From: Geotalea uraniireducens Rf4
Lineage (GTDB): Bacteria; Desulfobacterota; Desulfuromonadia; Geobacterales; Geobacteraceae
DNA: 32,000 bases
NCBI RefSeq assembly: GCF_000016745.1
Contig: NC_009483.1
Location: 5,070,001 to 5,102,000 of the forward strand
Reading direction: 5' to 3'
Part shown: piece by piece, positions 1-11,864 of the stretch
Layout of the letters: every line of letters starts with the position of its first letter
Numbering within the stretch: the first letter of the stretch is position 1
Translations under genes and position numbers: made by a program
The notes under the pieces: generated by a model
What the model was told of the DNA's origin: nothing
Database searches by the model: none
The model's input: only the letters and a program-made list of their open reading frames with translations

Positions 1-1717
1 CATTGTCCCTCACAAAATACACTTTTTGATCCGCGCGGCTTTCCGCACCGAACTCTATCGATGCCAGCGGCTTTTTTAAGGTGTATTTGTAGGCGTTTCC
101 AAGCAGGTTATGCATGCAGATGTTGAGAAGCTTACGGTCGCCACGCGCGAATACGTCCGGGGCAACGCGGAATTGCATGGTTCGCTCGCCATGGACCTCA
201 ATCAATTCAGCCATCACCTGTCGGGAAAGTTCGCTAAGGTTTATCGGCTCCGATGTGATTTCGGTCTTGGACAGCCGATTCATCATGAGAAGCGCATCGA
301 CTGCTGACTTCAACTGCTGGACCGAGCAACCAAGGCGTCCTACGTAATATTGCAAATCGCCATAATCCCCGCTCTTGAAGCATTCGAAAATAACCTCCCT
401 GAAGCCCTCCAATCTGGCAATTGGCGCTCGCAGCTCATGGGATATTGCATAACAGAACGCTTCCAGCTCTTTGTTTGAGTTTTCCAACTCCGCAGTCCGC
501 TCCAGGACTCGCTTTTCCAGGTCTGCATTGAGTATGCGAATTTGCTCCTCTGCCCTCTTCTGCTCGGTCACATCAACCATGACCGCCTGGGAACGGATCA
601 CCTCGCCGGTGGCGTTCCATTCGGCCACGGCGGTGAGAAGCACGTCAACTATCTCTCCGTTCTTTTTCATCATCTGATACGGGATATCCTGGCAATGGCC
701 GGACCTGAAAAATGCTGGAATAACAATCTCTTCGGCATAGCGGCTTGACTCCTCGGTCAAGAATTCCGTCGATTTTCGTCCGATCACCTCGTTTCGTTCG
801 TAGCCCAGGTGGAACAACCAATAATTACTGACATTCACTATGCGCCCGACTCCGTCTATGGAATGCAGCATGACCGGCGTATCTTCATAAAGATGCCGGT
901 AACGTTCTTCGCTTTCCTTGAGAGCGTTATCTGCTCTTTTTCGTTCGGAAATGTCTTCCTTCACCGCCACGTAGTTGGTAATGACCCCTTCCGCATCGAA
1001 TAGGGGAGAGATGGATGCCGACTCCCAGTAAAGTTCTCCGCTCTTTTTCCGGCTCTGAAATTCGCCTTGCCACTCGTAGCCGGCGGTTATCGTGCTCCAG
1101 AGCTTTTCATAAGTATCCGATTCTCTTGCGTTCAATTTCGGAATTCTGGGGGTTTTTCCGATAACTTCTTCAGGGAGGTAACCGGTAATCTCCGTAAATT
1201 TGGGATTAACATACTCTACCACGCCTTTCGCATCGGTTATAATGACCATGCAGGGACTCTGTTCGACTGCGCGGGTAAGCTTGCAGATGTATTCACTCTG
1301 TTTCCGGACATGTCTTTCCAGAGTGATCCGGGCAACACAATCTTCTATGGCCTCAAAAAGCTTTTCTTGGTCAATCGGCTTCAGCACATACCGGTTGATG
1401 CCTATATCTATGGCATTCAGCAGGTAGCGCGTATCGCTGTGAGCGGTAATGACGATAATGCTGGCATCGGGGTTCAGCACCCGAATTTCACTCGCCAAGC
1501 GGATCCCGTCCATGACCGGCATGCTTATATCGGTAAGGACGATATCCGGCCGGTGCTCTTTGTACAACGCCAGGCCGATCTGACCATTTTCAGCAGCTAA
1601 AAGGTTCAACCCCGGAAATTTAACGGGGATCATCGTGCATATGAGATCCCTGGTAATCGGATCGTCTTCCACATAGAGGATCGAAACCTCTGATGTACCA
1701 AGGGTATATGGTTCCAT
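1..1717 (-). CDS. Hybrid sensor protein: response-regulator receiver + PAS domains + HisKA/HATPase histidine kinase. Partial: the 3' end runs off the left edge, so it is absent from the ORF track.
   Basis: My own minus-strand translation from ATG at 1717-1715 gives MEPYTLGTSEVSILYVEDDPITRDL...IVLTDISMPVMDG (receiver with phospho-Asp context). It also shows PAS-type segments (VAVKEDISERKRA), an H-box AISHELRAPI and an N-box NLLGNAYKYT. The frame is open to position 1. The start lies 1 nt after the stop of the upstream kinase gene. Confidence 0.8.
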   Translation of the reverse strand, partial: MEPYTLGTSEVSILYVEDDPITRDLICTMIPVKFPGLNLLAAENGQIGLALYKEHRPDIVLTDISMPVMDGIRLASEIRVLNPDASIIVITAHSDTRYLLNAIDIGINRYVLKPIDQEKLFEAIEDCVARITLERHVRKQSEYICKLTRAVEQSPCMVIITDAKGVVEYVNPKFTEITGYLPEEVIGKTPRIPKLNARESDTYEKLWSTITAGYEWQGEFQSRKKSGELYWESASISPLFDAEGVITNYVAVKEDISERKRADNALKESEERYRHLYEDTPVMLHSIDGVGRIVNVSNYWLFHLGYERNEVIGRKSTEFLTEESSRYAEEIVIPAFFRSGHCQDIPYQMMKKNGEIVDVLLTAVAEWNATGEVIRSQAVMVDVTEQKRAEEQIRILNADLEKRVLERTAELENSNKELEAFCYAISHELRAPIARLEGFREVIFECFKSGDYGDLQYYVGRLGCSVQQLKSAVDALLMMNRLSKTEITSEPINLSELSRQVMAELIEVHGERTMQFRVAPDVFARGDRKLLNICMHNLLGNAYKYTLKKPLASIEFGAESRADQKVYFVRDN

Positions 1718-1718
1718 A

Positions 1719-4040
1719 TCAGACCTCTATCCGAAATTCGGCTCCGCCGTCGAAATTGCGTGCGGTAAGCCGTCCTTTCATGTTTTTCTCAATTATGGTT
1801 TTCGACATGAACAGCCCGACTCCCGTCCCCTTGTCCGGCCCTTTGGTGGTAAAGTAGGGATCGAAAATCTTGTCCATTATGTCCTCGGAAACCCCGCCGG
1901 CGTTGTCGTTAATGGTCACGACAGCCTTGTCGTTTTCCCGGCAGATGGTGATCGTAACCCTCGGGTCGGCGACTTTCGCCTCGGAAAGTGCATCTCTGGC
2001 ATTGACCAGTATGTTAAGGAGAACCTGGGCGTACTCGTTCGGATGGCCATTGATGATCGGATCATCTGACAGATTAACTTCGATCTTGATCCGTTGGTCG
2101 TTAAAACTCCCTTCGATGAGAGACAGTGTTTTTGTAACTACCTCCAGCACTTCGAACTCAACGTATTCCTTGTCTGGTTTGAAGAAATTCCTGAAGTCGT
2201 CAATTGTCTGGGACATATGCCTGATTATCTCCATGGACTTTTTGACACTGTCGTCGAAATAATCCTTGCTGAACTTGCCGACATCATAAAAAACCTGCAT
2301 TTGCTGGAGCATGAGTCCCAGTGTATTTAACGGCTGTCGCCACTGGTGGGCGATATTGCCGATCATCTCCCCCATGGCCGCCTGGCGGTTCTGCTGCATG
2401 AGCAACTGGTCTTTTTTGCGCAGAGCCTCCATGGCCCGCAAACGCTCGGCCGTTTCCTCCCGCAAAGAGTGTTCCGCCTTCCGGCGACGGGCCTCTCGAT
2501 CAATATTGTCGAGGGCGAAGGAGATGTCCGTTGCCATCTGTTGCAGCAGTTCAACGAATTGCCAGCTAAAAAAGTCTTTCTCGTCGGAATATATGTTTAA
2601 GACCCCGACAGCCTTTCCGTTTAATTTAAAAGAGATTGATGCCGAAGAGTTGAAGCCGCGCTTCATTGCTTCTTTCTGCCAAGGAATAGCGCGTGTATCG
2701 TTTATCAAGTCGTTGCTGATAACGATAGTCCCTTCTCGAACGGCTGAACCGACCGGTCTCGTTGATTTTGGCTCTTCCTTGGCGGGAATCCGTATGTCGT
2801 CAATGAAGCCTTCATTGGTGCCGCTCCACGTAACCGGTTTTATCACATCGGATTCTTCGTCAAGAAGTCCTATCCAAGCCAACTGGAAACCTCCATGCTC
2901 TACGGTGACCCGGCAGATTTCATGAAATAAGGATTCACGGTCGACGGATCGCACGATTGCCTGGTTGGTCTCGCACAACACTGCGTAGAGCCTGTTCAGG
3001 CGCAGCAACTTTTCTTCGGTAAGCTTACGCTTGGTAATGTCGGTAATCGCAGTTCGATAGACGGTCTGCCCTGTGGCATATTGAACCGGAACGCTGTACA
3101 ACTGCGCCTGAAGCGTTTTACCCCCCTGTATCGTAATGCCTAACTCCGACACAACTTCCTCTTCGATATGATTGTGCCGCTGAATGTGATTCAGAAATGT
3201 CTGCGTGTCTCCACTATTCACACAGCATATAAACGGCATGCCGATCAGGTGATTCCGGTCAATCCCCAATAATCTCGCACCGGTCAGATTTACATCCTGA
3301 ATTACCCCCTTATCGTCAAGGGTAACATAACTGAGCGGAGCAAAGTTGTATAAGTCCCAGTACCGGTCAAGGGAAGTTTCCAGTTCTTGATGCATTTCCC
3401 GCAACTTCCGGTTCTGCATCTCCAGTTCCTTCTGTTTTTTTTCAAGTTGCGCCGTCCGCTCCGCAACCCGCATTTCCAACTCATCATGAGCCCGCCGAAG
3501 CCGCTCTTCGCTCTCTTGTAACGCCTTTTCTGCCTTCTTTCGTTCGGTAATGTCATGGGCGATCACTGAAACGCCTGTAACTTTTCCTGTTGAATCAATG
3601 ATCGGAGAAAAGGTCAGGGAGACATGGATTTGCCTGCCAGCCTTCGTCATCCGCACTGTTTCAAGGCTATTTACGTGACCGCCACTCTTGATCTTGGTGA
3701 TAATCTGCATAACCTCCCCAAGATGATCAGGGGGAATTAGCGTGGAGAAATGCCTTCCATTGATTTCCTCGGAGGTATAGCCGTATATTTTCTCCGCGCC
3801 CCAATTCCAGCTCGTAATAAAGCCATCCAAGGTTTCCCCTATGATTGCATCATCCGAACTCTCAACAATTGATGCCAAAAACTGCAGACGCTCCTCCATC
3901 CGTTTCCGTTCAGTAATATCTTCCTTAACCGCGACAAAATTGCTGATGCTGCCGCTGGCATCCTTGAACGATGAAAGGGAGGCAAGTTCATAATAAAGTT
4001 CACCGTTCGTTTTTTTGTTGATTAATTCCTTTTCAAACAT
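1719..4040 (-). CDS. Multi-PAS/GAF sensor histidine kinase
   Basis: Track ORF 1719..4097. It has repeated PAS-like blocks ending in (D/H)ITERK, a coiled-coil segment, a GAF-like block, an H-box IAHQWRQPLN and an HATPase_c tail (DKGTGVGLFMSK). The likely start is the internal ATG at 4040 (MFEKELINKK), preceded by GGAAGGAAG; the 19 upstream codons look like read-through. Confidence 0.85.
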   Translation of the reverse strand: MFEKELINKKTNGELYYELASLSSFKDASGSISNFVAVKEDITERKRMEERLQFLASIVESSDDAIIGETLDGFITSWNWGAEKIYGYTSEEINGRHFSTLIPPDHLGEVMQIITKIKSGGHVNSLETVRMTKAGRQIHVSLTFSPIIDSTGKVTGVSVIAHDITERKKAEKALQESEERLRRAHDELEMRVAERTAQLEKKQKELEMQNRKLREMHQELETSLDRYWDLYNFAPLSYVTLDDKGVIQDVNLTGARLLGIDRNHLIGMPFICCVNSGDTQTFLNHIQRHNHIEEEVVSELGITIQGGKTLQAQLYSVPVQYATGQTVYRTAITDITKRKLTEEKLLRLNRLYAVLCETNQAIVRSVDRESLFHEICRVTVEHGGFQLAWIGLLDEESDVIKPVTWSGTNEGFIDDIRIPAKEEPKSTRPVGSAVREGTIVISNDLINDTRAIPWQKEAMKRGFNSSASISFKLNGKAVGVLNIYSDEKDFFSWQFVELLQQMATDISFALDNIDREARRRKAEHSLREETAERLRAMEALRKKDQLLMQQNRQAAMGEMIGNIAHQWRQPLNTLGLMLQQMQVFYDVGKFSKDYFDDSVKKSMEIIRHMSQTIDDFRNFFKPDKEYVEFEVLEVVTKTLSLIEGSFNDQRIKIEVNLSDDPIINGHPNEYAQVLLNILVNARDALSEAKVADPRVTITICRENDKAVVTINDNAGGVSEDIMDKIFDPYFTTKGPDKGTGVGLFMSKTIIEKNMKGRLTARNFDGGAEFRIEV

Positions 4041-4416
4041 GGCTCTCTTCCTTCCTCTTCGGGGAGTTAGAAGCAACAAGCTGAGCAATTTCGGCAAACA
4101 TTTACACCGCTACCTCACTCATGGAAAACGAGAAGGCACGACTAAGCTTAACGCAATCGCACAATAATACAAAATCATTACAAATTAGCGAAGGTTTATT
4201 TTATTAAACTCAGATTTTGTTGTCAGGAAAGGTGATTATAATCGTCAATCACTTAAGTTTTGCAGGCTTCCAAGAAGGGAGAAAGATTGTAACTAATTCA
4301 GCACGCCTAAGTAACGGACTGGTTTTTCAGGAGCGCGGACAACCTGAATAGTTACTTTAAATAAAATGGTTAGAGCGGAAACCAGGTTGTCTTTGTATTT
4401 TCAATGCAGCAAGGCT

Positions 4417-7305
<2,889 letters not shown>

Positions 7306-7450
7306 GAATTGGTGCTCCACATTCGGTTATATTTTGCATTCAAGAGCCTGAGTACGACAGCAGGGAAAGGAAACCGCCCATCAATAATACCGTATTGAGG
7401 GGAGTCAATCCAGTCACATATTAAAGTCTTATCGGCGCATTACGCCAACT

Positions 7451-7530
7451 AGGAGTTTGTCGGACTTAGGAATGAATCTACTGCGAGATTTGCCATTCTC
7501 GTTACGATTCCCTAAGTCCGACAGGCTCCT
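7451..7530 (+). repeat. 20-bp-arm inverted repeat with a 40-nt spacer; a perfect hairpin only as plus-strand RNA
   Basis: AGGAGTTTGTCGGACTTAGG (7451-7470) pairs with CCTAAGTCCGACAGGCTCCT (7511-7530). The two non-Watson-Crick positions are U.G on the plus strand and C.A on the minus strand. Confidence 0.6.
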
Positions 7531-7544
7531 GGGGGTTGCAGAAT

Positions 7545-7577
7545 AAAAAAAAGCCCCGGATCGCTCCGGGGCCTTTT
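7545..7577 (-). terminator. Rho-independent terminator downstream of csp, potentially bidirectional
   Basis: The sequence is AAAAAAAA-GCCCCGGA-TCGC-TCCGGGGC-CTTTTGG: an 8-bp GC stem with a U-run on the minus strand (A8 on plus) and a shorter T-run on the plus strand. It lies 20 nt after the csp stop. Confidence 0.85.
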
Positions 7578-7597
7578 GGTTGTGTTTAAAGATATCT

Positions 7598-7798
7598 TTA
7601 AACTCTGTTGACGTTGGCTGCCTGAAGACCTTTTGGGCCTTTCTGCACTTCGAATGTTACTGCCTCGCCTTCGGCCAGAGATTTGAAACCATCGCCCATG
7701 ATTGCGGAGAAGTGCACGAACACATCATCGCCATTATCCTGCTCGATAAAGCCAAAACCCTTGCTGTCATTGAACCATTTTACCGTACCGTTTGCCAT
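7598..7798 (-). CDS. cspA: Cold-shock protein, CspA family (CSD)
   Basis: The 66-aa product is [33 protein letters not shown]..., with RNP1 (KGFGFI) and RNP2 (VFVHF) motifs. Confidence 0.97.
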   Translation of the reverse strand: MANGTVKWFNDSKGFGFIEQDNGDDVFVHFSAIMGDGFKSLAEGEAVTFEVQKGPKGLQAANVNRV

Positions 7799-7862
7799 TC
7801 TAACTTTCTCCTACTACTGCCTTGTTAATTTTACCCAGACGTAATCCCTGGACATCTTGGTG

Positions 7863-7891
7863 AGCTTACGGGTTTCGGCCAATCATGTCAA
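7863..7891 (-). promoter_or_regulatory. Candidate sigma70 promoter for csp
   Basis: The minus strand reads TTGACA-17 nt-TAAGCT about 65-95 nt upstream of the csp ATG. The -10 matches only 3/6. Confidence 0.3.
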
Positions 7892-7906
7892 GCATTTATT
7901 TTCCGT

Positions 7907-9316
7907 TCAGATGCCTGCAATTTCCCGCCCGGCCTGGAGCAGTTCCGCGACAACGCCCGGATCATTTGCCTCGCTGTAAAGCCGCAGCACCGGCTCGGTG
8001 CCGGAGGGGCGAATAAGCAGCCAGGAGCCGTCGGCGAAGATATATTTGAAACCATCCTTGAAGTTCTCCTCGGCCACGGGGCGGGAGGCAATGGTTTTTA
8101 ACCCTTCGTGTTTAAGCTTTGCGATCAGTCGCTCCTTGGCCGCATTTTCGATGGGGGCATCGATGCGGCGGTAGTAGAAATGACCGATCTCGTCCATGGT
8201 TTCATCGAGCAGCTGCCGCAGCCCCTTGCCGCTCATTGCCATGGCCTCAAGAAGCAACAGCCCCATCAGTATCCCGTCCCGTTCCGGTATATGCCCCTTG
8301 ACCCCCAGGCCACCCGATTCCTCCCCCCCCATGAGGATGTCGTGCTCAAGCATCAGTTCGCAGATGTGCTTGAAGCCGATGGGTGTTTCGAACAGCGCGA
8401 GACCGTATTTTTCCGCGAGGAGATCGATCATCCGCGTCGTGGAAACGGTTTTCACCACGTCGCCGCGCAAACCCTTGCGCTCATAGAGATGGCGCAGCAG
8501 CACCGTGAAGATACGGTGGGACGAGAAAAACTCACCCGTCTCATCCACTGCGCCGATCCGGTCTGCATCCCCGTCCAAGGCGAGTCCCACCTTGTAGGCG
8601 CCGCTCTTCACCAGCATGGAGAGTTCGGCGAGGTGCTCCTCGATCGGTTCCGGCGCCTGACCGCCGAAGGCGGGGTTGTCGATGGTATGGATCTCTGCGG
8701 TACCCGGCAGGAGTTCCGGTATGAAGCCGGTCCCGGCGCCGTACATGGGATCGACCACCGCAGGGATTTGTGCCTTGCGGATCAGATCCAGATCCACATA
8801 ACGCGCCAGTTGCCTGAAGTACGGCTCTCTGGCGTTGATCAGGCTCACCTTGCCACCCTTTATCCCATCGGCCAGAGGCATGGCCTGCACACTGCGGTTG
8901 CCGGCCATGTTCCGTGCAACCATTTCCTCCAGCACCTTGGTGGTGGAAGGTCTGGCAGAACCGCCAAAAGCCTCCTTCACCTTGAAACCGTTATATTTCG
9001 GGGGATTGTGGCTGGCGGTAATCATGACCCCGGCGCCGGCGCCCCGTTCGTGCACAGCCCAGGAAACAGCGGGAGTAGGGGCATAGTTGTCAGTCAGCCA
9101 GACATGGATGTCGTTGCCGGCAGCGATCTCTGCCACTCTCTCGGCAAATTCGCGGGAAAGAAAACGCCGGTCGTAGCCGACTACCAGCCCCTTGCCGGCC
9201 AGACCCTCCTTGTGGAGATAGTCCATGGTGGCCTGAGCCACCAGAGAAAGGTTGTCGAAGGTAAATTCCCTGGCAATCACCCCGCGCCAGCCATCGGTAC
9301 CGAATTTTATCTGCAA
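7907..9316 (-). CDS. Phosphoglucomutase/phosphomannomutase family protein
   Basis: The 469-aa product starts MQIKFGTDGWRG, carries the active-site serine loop TASHNPPKYNGFK, a metal loop DGDADR and a C-terminal RPSGTEP. Confidence 0.93.
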   Translation of the reverse strand: MQIKFGTDGWRGVIAREFTFDNLSLVAQATMDYLHKEGLAGKGLVVGYDRRFLSREFAERVAEIAAGNDIHVWLTDNYAPTPAVSWAVHERGAGAGVMITASHNPPKYNGFKVKEAFGGSARPSTTKVLEEMVARNMAGNRSVQAMPLADGIKGGKVSLINAREPYFRQLARYVDLDLIRKAQIPAVVDPMYGAGTGFIPELLPGTAEIHTIDNPAFGGQAPEPIEEHLAELSMLVKSGAYKVGLALDGDADRIGAVDETGEFFSSHRIFTVLLRHLYERKGLRGDVVKTVSTTRMIDLLAEKYGLALFETPIGFKHICELMLEHDILMGGEESGGLGVKGHIPERDGILMGLLLLEAMAMSGKGLRQLLDETMDEIGHFYYRRIDAPIENAAKERLIAKLKHEGLKTIASRPVAEENFKDGFKYIFADGSWLLIRPSGTEPVLRLYSEANDPGVVAELLQAGREIAGI

Positions 9317-9464
9317 ACCAGAATCCTCCTGTGGATAGAATGTATCAAGATATTAGCAGCGGGTCATTTTCTCCATCTGAACCGAATATGTCAACCATTT
9401 GTTGTGATCCAGCTGCCGAACAAGGGTTGACCGGAGGCATGGATTGGCTTATAAATGGCGTATA

Positions 9465-9588
9465 ATTCCAATTTCAAATCAAGGATGAAATCGAGGCGGC
9501 GAGGAGTGAGGCGACGAAGGCGTACAGATAGTACGTTGAGGAGCCGAAGACGAGCCAACGAAGATAGCGCCTTGATTTGGAATTGGAA
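9465..9588 (+). repeat. MITE-like, structured 124-bp element with 19-bp terminal inverted repeats, in the ppiA leader
   Basis: TTCCAATTTCAAATCAAGG (9465-9483) pairs with CCTTGATTTGGAATTGGAA (9570-9588) at 18/19; the mismatch is U.G on the plus strand. There is an inner hairpin CGTAC-AGATA-GTACG. The left arm carries the 30-nt motif also seen at 10306 and 28782. Confidence 0.6.
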
Positions 9589-9614
9589 TAAACTCAAATC
9601 AAGGAGGTAGTACC

Positions 9615-10217
9615 ATGCTGAGAAAACTGGTAGTCGCACTTTCCATTGGACTCTGTCTGGCGGGGACAGCCGGCGCGGAGGATGCGAAGGAGTCCAAATC
9701 CGTTAAAACCGGGCATAATCCGGTAGTGGTCATGGAAACAAGCCTGGGAACGGTAAAGATGGAACTTTTTCAAAAAGAAGCGCCGCTCAGCGTCAAAAAT
9801 TTTCTCGATTATACTAATGGCGGCTACTATAACGGCACCATTTTCCACCGGGTCATTCCCAACTTCATGATCCAGGGTGGGGGATTCACTGCCGAGATGA
9901 AGACGAAGCCGGCCAAGGCCCCGATCAAGAACGAAGCGGGCAACGGCCTGAAAAACGACCGCGGCACCCTGGCCATGGCCCGTTCCATGATGGTGGATTC
10001 CGCCTCATCCCAGTTCTTCATCAACGCGGTCAACAACGACTACCTCAACCACCGCGACAACTCGCCGCAGGGATTCGGCTACGCCGTGTTCGGCAAGGTG
10101 ATCGAGGGGATGGACGTGGTGGACAAGATAGCTGCGGTGAAAACCGGAATGCAGAAAGGTTTCCAGGATGTACCGGAAACGGCGGTGGTGATCAAGTCGA
10201 TGAAGGTCGTAAAGTAA
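9615..10217 (+). CDS. ppiA: Peptidyl-prolyl cis-trans isomerase, cyclophilin type, with signal peptide
   Basis: The 200-aa product begins with signal peptide [21 protein letters not shown] and contains the cyclophilin core [15 protein letters not shown]...RGTLAMAR...SQFFIN. AAGGAGG sits 7 nt upstream of the ATG. Confidence 0.95.
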   Translation: MLRKLVVALSIGLCLAGTAGAEDAKESKSVKTGHNPVVVMETSLGTVKMELFQKEAPLSVKNFLDYTNGGYYNGTIFHRVIPNFMIQGGGFTAEMKTKPAKAPIKNEAGNGLKNDRGTLAMARSMMVDSASSQFFINAVNNDYLNHRDNSPQGFGYAVFGKVIEGMDVVDKIAAVKTGMQKGFQDVPETAVVIKSMKVVK

Positions 10218-10244
10218 GGCGCTACCGGTAATCCATTTAATCGA

Positions 10245-10282
10245 AAAGGGGCAACCATTCTATTTTTGGTGCCCCTTTTTCT
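10245..10282 (+). terminator. Rho-independent terminator after ppiA
   Basis: AAAAGGGGCAACC-loop-GGTGCCCCTTTTTCTTT: a GC stem followed by a T-run. Confidence 0.8.
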
Positions 10283-10305
10283 TTGCTTTCATTTGTTATT
10301 TTATA

Positions 10306-10341
10306 CCAATTTCTAATCAAGAATGAAATCAAGGCGGCGAG
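10306..10341. repeat. Copy 2 of the 30-nt intergenic motif
   Basis: CCAATTTCTAATCAAGAATGAAATCAAGGCGGCGAG, compared with copy 1 CCAATTTCAAATCAAGGATGAAATCGAGGCGGCGAG. It abuts the stop codon of the minus-strand resB-like gene. Confidence 0.7.
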
Positions 10342-10343
10342 CA

Positions 10344-11051
10344 TTACCTCCCCCGCCGTACCGCCAGGAGCACCACGTTGCCGATGGTGAAGAGGAGCGC
10401 GCCTGCCAGGGCCAGGGCCGCTCCCGGCTCCCGGTGGATCTCCACCAGGGCTATCCTGTAGGGAACAGCCTGCACATCCTTGAGGTAGACTCCGAAACCC
10501 TTATAAAAGAACGGATGGTTGGGGCTGATGGTCTGCTTCACCGTCCCGCCGGATGTTCCATAGCGGACATCGGCGCTGTAGCCGGTCATCATCCCCATCG
10601 GCCCGGTCTCTGCGGTTATATTACCCAGTTCAATTCGGGTCCCGTCGGGAAAGCCGATGGACTCCCCTTCGTTAACCTGCATCACCCCTTTCAAGCCGCC
10701 ATAGGCGCTGAAGAGATGGGCGAGGACGATGAAGAGAAAGCCCGCGTGCATGACCTGCGGGGCAATCAGGGTAAGGAACTTTGCCCGGCCATATTTGCTG
10801 CGGAGCGATTCGATGCTGCACAGCACCGTGTTGAGGGCGAGGACGCCCAGCAGGCCGATGGTGAGCCAGAGCCACCAGGAGAATACAATGGGTGTTTCTT
10901 TCAGCCAGTAAAAGAGCGGCATGTCGTTGATGGAGCTCGATTCCGCGCCGCCGCCGGAAAAAGAGCCGACGCCGAGAAGCACGACCACGCCGAACATGAG
11001 CCAGATGCCGAGAGAGAGCGAAGCGAGACGGTTATAAAAATTGTTGAGCAT
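10344..11051 (-). CDS. ResB-like cytochrome c biogenesis membrane protein (short form)
   Basis: The 235-aa product has N-terminal and C-terminal TM segments, a central soluble part with PNHPFFYKGFGVYL resembling ResB/Ccs1, and lies immediately downstream of a CcsA-type gene. Confidence 0.6.
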   Translation of the reverse strand: MLNNFYNRLASLSLGIWLMFGVVVLLGVGSFSGGGAESSSINDMPLFYWLKETPIVFSWWLWLTIGLLGVLALNTVLCSIESLRSKYGRAKFLTLIAPQVMHAGFLFIVLAHLFSAYGGLKGVMQVNEGESIGFPDGTRIELGNITAETGPMGMMTGYSADVRYGTSGGTVKQTISPNHPFFYKGFGVYLKDVQAVPYRIALVEIHREPGAALALAGALLFTIGNVVLLAVRRGR

Positions 11052-11112
11052 GCTTCAGATCCTTGTGTAGTGTGACCCGTTACCCCATCTGCCCATTAGC
11101 CCTTTTCCCCGG

Positions 11113-11832
11113 TCAAAAACTGTGGGAGCTCTTCATCAGCATGCTTACCCCCAGGTAGGTGAAGAGCGCCGCTGCAAAGCCGATGATCCCCGCCCAGGCA
11201 ACGCCCCTTTCCCACTGGGGACCTTTGAGGCGCAGGTGCAGGTAAAGGCTGTAGAAGAGCCAGAGAATGGAGGTCCAGAGCTCCTTGGGCGTCCAGAGCC
11301 AGTAGGTTCCCCAGGCGTAGTAACCCCAGATGCCGCCGGAAACCATGGAGGCGGAGAAAAAGCTGTAGCCGACCAGGGCGCTCTTGTACTGGAGGTCGAG
11401 GAGCGCCTTCTCCTTATTGAAAAGGAACATCCCCCCCAACAGCGCCCCAACGCCGAACAGGGCGTAAGCGAAGAAAGCCAGCGCCACGTGCAGTTCGAAC
11501 CAATAGGTTTTCAGCACCGGCGGCAACGGCATGTTCAAGGTGGGAAAGGGGAGCGCCAGCAGGGCAAAGAGTGCGGCCATGCAACCCGTTCCCCAGGAAA
11601 ACGAGGCCGATGTGCGGGGTGTTTTCGAGAAAATGAATGGGAGGGCCATCAGGCCGATGGAGGCGGAAAAAAAGGCCAGGGTGTCCTGGGGGCCGATGAG
11701 CGGCAATCTCCCCAGTTCCGCGCCCCTCAAGCCAAGGTAGACGAGCTCCGCCAAGAGAGCGGCAACGAAAACCGGCCTTTTGTATGAGCCGAACAGATAC
11801 AGGACGATGGAGGTCAAAAGGAGCCATATCAT
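11113..11832 (-). CDS. ccsA: Cytochrome c assembly protein CcsA/ResC family
   Basis: The 239-aa polytopic membrane protein has the Trp-rich haem-handling motif GGIWGYYAWGTYWLWTPKELW and conserved His residues. Confidence 0.85.
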   Translation of the reverse strand: MIWLLLTSIVLYLFGSYKRPVFVAALLAELVYLGLRGAELGRLPLIGPQDTLAFFSASIGLMALPFIFSKTPRTSASFSWGTGCMAALFALLALPFPTLNMPLPPVLKTYWFELHVALAFFAYALFGVGALLGGMFLFNKEKALLDLQYKSALVGYSFFSASMVSGGIWGYYAWGTYWLWTPKELWTSILWLFYSLYLHLRLKGPQWERGVAWAGIIGFAAALFTYLGVSMLMKSSHSF

Positions 11833-11864
11833 GGTGTCGCTCCGGGAATCACAGGTAAAGTTAT

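Noticed and set aside
7306-7400. Search for a LexA/SOS box upstream of uvrA
   Set aside because: The only GGTT-initiated candidate (GGTTATATTTTGCATTCA) does not fit the Geobacter-type GGTT-N2-C-N4-G-N3-ACC pattern as I recall it, and no E. coli-type CTGT-N8-ACAG is present.
8108-9430. 440-aa plus-strand ORF opposite the PGM/PMM gene
   Set aside because: It is antisense to a well-supported gene, has no motifs, and its composition is that of a mirror frame. It runs across the pgm start into the intergenic region.
10323-11075. 250-aa plus-strand ORF starting inside the 30-nt motif (MKSRRRALPPPP...), and similar ATGAAATC-initiated short frames at 9484 and 28798
   Set aside because: The ATG belongs to the repeated motif. 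The frames differ completely after it, and the long one is antisense to the resB-like membrane protein gene.
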